32,000 bases of DNA, taken from positions 2,062,044-2,094,043 of the forward strand of contig NZ_CP081495.1 of the NCBI RefSeq assembly GCF_025919725.1. Direction: 5' to 3'. Source of the DNA: Flavobacterium agricola (lineage in GTDB: Bacteria; Bacteroidota; Bacteroidia; Flavobacteriales; Flavobacteriaceae). This document shows positions 26,701 through 32,000 of the stretch, piece by piece. Numbering within the stretch: the first letter of the stretch is position 1; each line of letters begins with the position of its first letter. Both the position numbers and the translations under genes were made by a program. Under the pieces are notes generated by a model. It worked only from the letters and a program-made list of their open reading frames with translations. It made no database searches and had not been told where the DNA came from.

Positions 26701-27396
26701 TTATACAGCAAAAAAGCTTTCGAGCTCTTGCAACGAATTTTCTGTTTTTTCGGTATCTTTTAACAACCTTCCTTTTTCTAATATTAAAATGCGAGAAACA
26801 ACCTCAACGGTTAAACTTAAATCGTGAGAAGAAATTAAAATGGTTGTTTTATTATTTTGGCTAAAATCTGTAATTACACGCTTTAAACGGATTTGCGTGG
26901 TTGGATCTAAATTTGCAAACGGCTCGTCTAAAATAACAACTTCAGGATTACCCATAAAAGCAGCAATAATGCCAACTTTTTTTTGGTTTCCTTTAGAAAG
27001 ATCACGAATGTATTTTTTCTTGTTTAAAATTTCGTCGTTAAAAAAATCACGAAACGTTTCTATAAACGCGTCAACATCGGCTTTATTCATATTATGCAAG
27101 CTGCCAATAAAATAAAAATATTCTTCGGGGGTTAAATAACCTATTAAAAAAGATTCATCTAAAAAAGCAGCCGTATGTTTTTTCCAGCTATCAGATTGGC
27201 TCACTACAATGCCCTTGTTACTTACAAAACCTTTGCTTGGCTCAATTAAATCTAATATTAACGAAAACAAAGTTGTTTTACCTGCGCCGTTATTACCAAT
27301 TAAACCAACAACTTCTGATCGCTGAATTTCAAGCGCATCAATAGCTAAAACGGTTTCTTTACCATATGTTTTTTGTAAATTTTCTATTCGAATCAT
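26701..27396 (-). CDS. ABC transporter ATP-binding protein (ABC-2/CcmA-like exporter type)
   Basis: 231 aa with Walker A GNNGAGKTT, signature LSKGNQKKV, Walker B VVILDEP and H-loop SSHD. Confidence 0.92.
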   Translation of the reverse strand: MIRIENLQKTYGKETVLAIDALEIQRSEVVGLIGNNGAGKTTLFSLILDLIEPSKGFVSNKGIVVSQSDSWKKHTAAFLDESFLIGYLTPEEYFYFIGSLHNMNKADVDAFIETFRDFFNDEILNKKKYIRDLSKGNQKKVGIIAAFMGNPEVVILDEPFANLDPTTQIRLKRVITDFSQNNKTTILISSHDLSLTVEVVSRILILEKGRLLKDTEKTENSLQELESFFAV

Positions 27397-27406
27397 CGTG
27401 TTGAAT

Positions 27407-28867
27407 TTAATTTTTAAAATCTATTAAAGCTCGGTATTTATTTTTATTGTAATTGTTTACTAAACGATTAATAACTTTTTCGCGCAATAAAAAACCAACT
27501 AGCCCAGCAACAGCAACGGCTAACAATCCTACATAAACATTAAATAAAAGTTGAAAAAAGATTTGAATTAGTATTGGCGTAACCAAAATAACCAATGATA
27601 GAACTAACGTATTAACATTAAAAGATTTGGTATTACCAAAAGCACCTACATTGCTTGTTAAATCTATTCCTTGTCGCATAAAAGCACCTGTAAGCAAAGT
27701 TATGTAAGCATTAAACCCAATATTAAATATGGTGGCTGCTACAAGGGCTAAAAAAAACACGGGAGAAAAAAACAAATAAAAACTACACAAAACCAACGTT
27801 ATTAGGCAAGCAATTGCCATAATGCACCATTTTGAAATTAAATAATCGCGGTACGAAATGTTTTGCGTCATTAATAACGGATAATATGCCGAATCCCAAG
27901 ATGGAACAAATTGACCAAACGAAATCATAAATCCGCCAGTTGCAAAAATGGCAAAGAAAATCATGGCTGGGCTTAATTCTTTATCAAAATCTAGAAACAA
28001 AAAAGGATAAAAAATAAAAATCAACGAAAACAATAGCGTTGTACGGGGGCGTTTGTTGCGGAAAATTAAGTACAAATCGTTTTTAATAAAAGCACCAACA
28101 ACACCCATATTGGTTAAATATTTAAAATCTAAACTTTTAATTTCTGCTTCGTTTTTACTCAGTCCTTTATCTAAATACAATTGGGTATTATAATAGCTGT
28201 AGGTTAGCAAAGCAAAAAGCAAAACAAATGCTACGGCTAAAACAACAGCAAATTTATACTGATAAAAAAATGCAGATAAGGGCGAAGTAAAAGGTAAAAT
28301 ATCAATCCAACCGTAAATATGTGCAAAACCTAAAAACGTTAGTAAGCCAACAAAAAGGTAAAAAAACAAATTAATCTTTTCTAAAAAGATGCTTATAAAA
28401 CTATTACAACTTAAAAGCAATAACATGCTTAACGTCCAACCTAAAACTGAAACAGCATCGTAACCCGAACGAATTAAAATAAAAGCTAAAGGAATAAAGA
28501 AAAATAAATGAATAACATTAAAAAGCTTAAAGTAAGCTTTGCACACCGTGTACTGAACAATGATTTTATGTTTGATATTAATAAGTAACAACGGCTTAAT
28601 ATCTACAATTGGAGAGCCGCTAATTATATAACGCAAAAAAAGATCGTACAACCAGTAAAAAACAAAAAAACCGGTTATTATATAAAATAAATCTTGATTG
28701 GGATAAAGTTTAGCTACATATTCTGGAGTTAAAACAGCTAAACCTAATAAAACAAGGGCTAGATAAACCAGAAAAAAAGCTTTAAAAAGAAAAGTAAAAA
28801 CTTCTGTTTTAAGCTGCTTAGAACGCAACAAAGCTTTTATTTCTAATCGAAATAAATTAAAAAACAT
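27407..28867 (-). CDS. Polytopic (about 12 TM) membrane protein, the presumed permease partner of the ABC ATPase (DUF5687-like)
   Basis: 486 aa and very hydrophobic, sited 10 nt upstream of the ATPase gene. Both halves begin with an ABC-2-like amphipathic leader (FRLEIKALLRSKQLKT and IKNDLYLIFRNKRPRT). Confidence 0.6.
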   Translation of the reverse strand: MFFNLFRLEIKALLRSKQLKTEVFTFLFKAFFLVYLALVLLGLAVLTPEYVAKLYPNQDLFYIITGFFVFYWLYDLFLRYIISGSPIVDIKPLLLINIKHKIIVQYTVCKAYFKLFNVIHLFFFIPLAFILIRSGYDAVSVLGWTLSMLLLLSCNSFISIFLEKINLFFYLFVGLLTFLGFAHIYGWIDILPFTSPLSAFFYQYKFAVVLAVAFVLLFALLTYSYYNTQLYLDKGLSKNEAEIKSLDFKYLTNMGVVGAFIKNDLYLIFRNKRPRTTLLFSLIFIFYPFLFLDFDKELSPAMIFFAIFATGGFMISFGQFVPSWDSAYYPLLMTQNISYRDYLISKWCIMAIACLITLVLCSFYLFFSPVFFLALVAATIFNIGFNAYITLLTGAFMRQGIDLTSNVGAFGNTKSFNVNTLVLSLVILVTPILIQIFFQLLFNVYVGLLAVAVAGLVGFLLREKVINRLVNNYNKNKYRALIDFKN

Positions 28868-28916
28868 ATAAATAGTAATTGGTTGTACTCAATTAGTAGC
28901 CTCCAGAACTATTTTG

Positions 28917-29642
28917 TTACATTATGTATTTGTATTCAGGATAAATAGTTTGTAAATAACTTTGTGCTTTTTGTGGAATGACATGAATCATAATGTAAGA
29001 ATACAACATCCAACTAACCAAAAAAGCCGCAATTAAAAGGTTTACCCAAAACTGATTCAGATTCAGAAACATAGAAGTACTAAAAAACACTTGAATTGGA
29101 ATGTAAAATAATGCTGCAGAACCACCCATGTTGGCAATCACATCTTCCATCATCCATCGCTTCTCATTTTTAGTTTTTTTAAGTTGGTATTTGTTTTTAA
29201 TAGTAAGAAAAAGCACCAAAAATAAAAGTAAAATAGAAATACCCAAAACACTTTCTACATAATAAGCCGAAAACAATGGCAAAACAGCAGCTACAATAGC
29301 TAGTAAACTGATCGTAAATAAAACTTTAGGCAGTGTAAAGAAGTCTTTAAAATGTTGCCAAACAAAAGCGTGATAACGCTTCTGTAAAGCTGCTTGTCGT
29401 TGAGCTACAATATCAGAAAAACCAAAAACACCAAACTTTTTAAATTCGGCTTGCAGTGCTTCTTCAAAAGTTAACGCACTATTTTGTTCCCACTGGCATT
29501 CTATACCACGGGCTAAATGGTCAACTAATTCGGTTTGTAAATCGTAATGTTCTACAAAGTGCTTACGAGTAAAACAATATAATCTATCAATCTGATCACT
29601 TGTGACACAAGGAATTGTACTAATGTTATCATGATTTGTCAT
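28917..29642 (-). CDS. Membrane protein with an N-terminal soluble helical domain of about 100 aa and 4-5 TM helices (PadR-associated partner, DUF1700/HAAS-like architecture)
   Basis: 241 aa. The N-terminal part (LQTELVDHLARGIECQWEQNSALTFEEALQAEFKKFGVFGFSDIVAQRQAAL) is followed by hydrophobic helices. It lies directly downstream of the PadR gene. Confidence 0.5.
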   Translation of the reverse strand: MTNHDNISTIPCVTSDQIDRLYCFTRKHFVEHYDLQTELVDHLARGIECQWEQNSALTFEEALQAEFKKFGVFGFSDIVAQRQAALQKRYHAFVWQHFKDFFTLPKVLFTISLLAIVAAVLPLFSAYYVESVLGISILLLFLVLFLTIKNKYQLKKTKNEKRWMMEDVIANMGGSAALFYIPIQVFFSTSMFLNLNQFWVNLLIAAFLVSWMLYSYIMIHVIPQKAQSYLQTIYPEYKYIM

Positions 29643-29676
29643 CGCTAATATTTATTAAAATTACTTTAATAATTGA

Positions 29677-30009
29677 TTACACCAATTTTTTTGAGGTTAA
29701 AAGTTGCATATTTTCGACAAACTGTAAAAGTGCTTCAAGTTTTGAAGCACTTTCTTCTACACCAGCAGGGGTTAGTTTGTAATACTTTCGCAATCGATTC
29801 GCAACTTCTAAAACCTCAACCTCTAAAAAACCCTGAGCTTCTAGCTTATGTAAAGCCGGATACAAAGCACCTTCGGTTAAAACCAACTCATCTTGAGTTA
29901 GTTCTTTTACTTTCTGCGTTATTTCGTACCCGTACATTTTTCCATTAGCTTGTAAAAGTTGCAGAATAATGGTTTGCAAACTGCCTTTGTACAAAGATGC
30001 TTTTGACAT
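29677..30009 (-). CDS. PadR-family transcriptional regulator
   Basis: A winged-HTH pattern is present (GSLQTIILQLLQANGKMYGYEITQKV...TEGALYPALHKLEAQGFLE). The ATG at 30009 (MSKASLYKGSL) is preferred to the track's 30036. Confidence 0.88.
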   Translation of the reverse strand: MSKASLYKGSLQTIILQLLQANGKMYGYEITQKVKELTQDELVLTEGALYPALHKLEAQGFLEVEVLEVANRLRKYYKLTPAGVEESASKLEALLQFVENMQLLTSKKLV

Positions 30010-30030
30010 AGAATCTATTTTTATATAAAT

Positions 30031-30051
30031 ATACATAAATTACTTATGTAT
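30031..30051. promoter_or_regulatory. Inverted repeat ATACATAA-N5-TTATGTAT, a candidate PadR operator
   Basis: Perfect 8-bp arms lie 22-42 nt upstream of the preferred padR start, in the padR/reductase divergent region. Confidence 0.3.
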
Positions 30052-30126
30052 TATATTGAGAGAAAAAACTTTTAACATGCATTTAGGAATAAAAAACTTT
30101 AAAGCAAATAATTAAGTTAGTATTTG

Positions 30127-30134
30127 TAAATTTG
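30127..30134 (+). promoter_or_regulatory. Candidate -7 box (TAAATTTG) for the reductase gene
   Basis: Matches TAnnTTTG and lies 22 nt upstream of the ATG at 30157. Confidence 0.35.
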
Positions 30135-30156
30135 CGTTTTAAAAAATTTTTGTAAA

Positions 30157-31203
30157 ATGTCAAGATTTAACAAACTAACTGTAAAGAATATTACTAGAGA
30201 AACACCAAATGCTATTGTAATAACATTTGATGTTCCTGAAAGTTTAGCTACAACCTATCAGTTTTTAGCTGGTCAGTATCTTAACATAAAACATGTTATA
30301 GATAATAAAGAAGTAAAAAGAGCGTATTCTATTTCGGCTTCGCCAAATGAAAAAACGTTAGCTGTAACGGTTAAAGAAGTTGCTGGTGGTTTATTTTCTA
30401 CCTATGCAAACCAACATTTAACGGTGGGTACAAACATGGAAGTTGGTGTTCCTGAAGGGCGTTTTACAATAGAAACTGATGCAAACAACAACCATTTATA
30501 CGGAGCAATTGCAGCAGGTTCAGGAATTACACCAATAATTTCTATTATTAAAACCGTTTTAGAAAATGAACCAAACAGCCAATTTGTACTTTTATACGGA
30601 AACAAATCGGTGCAAGAAACCATTTTTTACAACGAAATTGCTCGCCTTTTAAATACTTATAAAGAACGCTTTTCTGTACAATATATATTCAGTCAAGAAG
30701 TTAGCGAAGGTTCATTAAACGGACGCATTGTTCGCGAAACAATTCAAAACACATTTACAGCTAACCAATCGGGCAACTACGCTAAATTTTTTATTTGCGG
30801 ACCAGAAGAACTGGTTTATAACAGCACATCAGCTTTAAAAGAAAGCGGCGTAACCGAAGATAAAATTAAGTTTGAATTATTTAACAGCTCAGAAAAAGGC
30901 AGCTACGTACCGGTATCGTCAGACAACACAACCATTACGGTTTTATTAGATGATGAAGAAGTGGTTTTTGAAATGTCTCGTAAAGATTCAATCATAAAAG
31001 CTTTAAACGATAAAGGTTTAGATGCACCTCAATCTTGTTTAGGCGGAGTTTGTTCAAGTTGTATTTGTAAAATCACAAAAGGAGAAGCTGTTTTAGCTAA
31101 AAACTCGGTTTTAACCGATCAAGAAATAGCGGCAGGATTTACGTTAGCTTGTCAAGCTTACCCAACAACAAGCGAAATTGCAATTGATTTTGACAACGTA
31201 TAA
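30157..31203 (+). CDS. Ferredoxin-NAD(P) reductase fused to a plant-type 2Fe-2S ferredoxin (PaaE/PaaK-like oxidoreductase)
   Basis: 348 aa with the FAD motif RAYSIS, the NAD(P) motif GAIAAGSGITP and the C-terminal cluster motif C-LGGV-C-SS-C...LAC. Confidence 0.85.
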   Translation: MSRFNKLTVKNITRETPNAIVITFDVPESLATTYQFLAGQYLNIKHVIDNKEVKRAYSISASPNEKTLAVTVKEVAGGLFSTYANQHLTVGTNMEVGVPEGRFTIETDANNNHLYGAIAAGSGITPIISIIKTVLENEPNSQFVLLYGNKSVQETIFYNEIARLLNTYKERFSVQYIFSQEVSEGSLNGRIVRETIQNTFTANQSGNYAKFFICGPEELVYNSTSALKESGVTEDKIKFELFNSSEKGSYVPVSSDNTTITVLLDDEEVVFEMSRKDSIIKALNDKGLDAPQSCLGGVCSSCICKITKGEAVLAKNSVLTDQEIAAGFTLACQAYPTTSEIAIDFDNV

Positions 31204-31205
31204 CA

Positions 31206-31240
31206 TAAAAAAAGGTTACCTTATTCAGGTAACCTTTTTT
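31206..31240 (+). terminator. Rho-independent terminator of the reductase gene
   Basis: A-run, AGGTTACCT-TATTC-AGGTAACCT, then TTTTT. Confidence 0.8.
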
Positions 31241-31405
31241 CGCTTTTCTAATTAACTACAAAAATAAAAGCTAAAAAAATGATTTTTTATGAAAAGTGAA
31301 TAACTTAATTATTCATTTCAAAAATACAAAAATTGAATAATGCGATAGCATTTTATCTACAAGCAGTAGTAATAATCGATAAAATGATTATTTAAGCTGT
31401 CGAGC

Positions 31406-32000
31406 TTATTCCATCAATTTGTTTACCACATCGGCAACTAAAATAGTTTCCATTACTTTTTCGTAACCAGGTACAATTTTGTTTCCGTAAACCGAAGTAG
31501 GCAATAAAGGATATTGTTTTAAATCGGGCACTAAAGCGTCTGACAACTTCTGATTAAAAGGCAAAAAGCCCGCAAACGGATGTGTTGCACCCCATAAGGT
31601 AACTACACGTACGCCCAACAACGCAGCAATGTGCGCATTGCCCGAATCCATAGATAACATGACATCAAGATTAGAAATTACATCCATCTCTTCATCTAAC
31701 GTTAATTTACCAGCTAATACAACAACGTTTTCGTAATCTTTTTTAAGATCGTTTAAAACAGCTATTTCTTTAGCACCACCACCAAACAGAAAAACTTTAT
31801 TTTCGGCTTTAGCTAACGCATCAATAACTTGTTGCATCAAATACTGTGGATAAACTTTGGTTTGATATTGTGCAAAAGGTGCAATACCAATCCAGCGTTG
31901 GGTTTTGTTTCCTGCAATAGCAAGTGCTTTATCTGTTAAAACAGCTTTTGTTGCAAAAACCGGATGGGTTAAATCTAAAGGATAGCCTAATTGCGCAAAA
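31406..32000 (-). CDS. Glycosyltransferase family 9 (heptosyltransferase-like), 3' part; the gene continues beyond the window end
   Basis: The frame stays open from 32000 down to the stop at 31406 (FAQLGYPLDLTHPVFATKAV...IGIAPFAQYQTKVYPQYLMQQVIDAL). The GT9 motif MDSGNAHIAALLG is present. The track's 31840 start is only the first in-window start codon. Confidence 0.8.
   Translation of the reverse strand, partial: FAQLGYPLDLTHPVFATKAVLTDKALAIAGNKTQRWIGIAPFAQYQTKVYPQYLMQQVIDALAKAENKVFLFGGGAKEIAVLNDLKKDYENVVVLAGKLTLDEEMDVISNLDVMLSMDSGNAHIAALLGVRVVTLWGATHPFAGFLPFNQKLSDALVPDLKQYPLLPTSVYGNKIVPGYEKVMETILVADVVNKLME

Noticed and set aside
26514-26864. A 116-aa plus-strand ORF bridging the sprE-like 5' end, the intergenic terminator and the 3' end of the ABC ATPase gene
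   Set aside because: It runs through a rho-independent terminator and overlaps two strongly supported minus-strand genes. Its composition is not protein-like.
31297-31315. Inverted repeat TGAATAA-CTTAA-TTATTCA, plus a weak hairpin over the GT9 stop (31393-31408), in the convergent reductase/GT9 spacer
   Set aside because: The stems are 6-7 bp, almost all A-T, and lack an appropriate U-tract on the GT9 strand. That is too weak to call a terminator or a binding site.
1-32000. Search for CRISPR arrays, tRNA/rRNA/tmRNA genes, riboswitches (for example ZTP or purine upstream of purN/purF), IS elements, integrases, and defence or toxin-antitoxin modules
   Set aside because: No gap longer than about 200 bp exists, and the gaps are AT-rich promoter or terminator regions. 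I saw no repeat-spacer periodicity, cloverleaf-capable GC-rich segments, terminal inverted repeats or compositional islands. Every long ORF has a housekeeping or envelope assignment.

Overview
The window looks like a chromosomal core region of a low-GC Bacteroidota genome, probably Flavobacteriia. Supporting signs are an SprE/PorW-like lipoprotein, TAnnTTTG -7 boxes, A-rich start-codon contexts without Shine-Dalgarno sites, the acpP-fabF-rnc order, and an atpBEFHAG operon lacking atpD/atpC. It is densely packed with about 34 genes and no gap exceeds about 200 bp. In order: a partial membrane-protein gene, dinB, BI-1/YccA, pyk, an IPExxxVDY-family gene, rnc, fabF, acpP, purN, rnhA, a PfkB kinase and long-form purF. 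Then come an M23 peptidase, a DUF4292 lipoprotein, a TPR protein, a nucleotidyltransferase, dut and a MOP flippase. Next is a collinear minus-strand block: sprE-like, bactofilin, atpZ, a 4-TM gene and atpBEFHAG. The window ends with a PadR / membrane partner / 12-TM permease / ABC ATPase operon, a divergent PaaE-like reductase and a partial GT9 glycosyltransferase. I found no rRNA, tRNA, CRISPR array, IS or transposase, integrase, toxin-antitoxin pair or recognisable defence genes, and I cannot support a clearly novel system. The strongest observation read directly from the sequence is four single-nucleotide frame disruptions in otherwise canonical housekeeping genes (the 5' membrane gene, dinB, fabF, rnhA), all within the first 8.2 kb. 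An assembly or sequencing artefact is more likely than real decay. The least understood content is the PadR-led ABC module, the three small genes ahead of atpB, the IPExxxVDY protein and the Bacteroidota-type N-terminal extension of AtpB. All family assignments come from motif recognition by eye; no database search was run.
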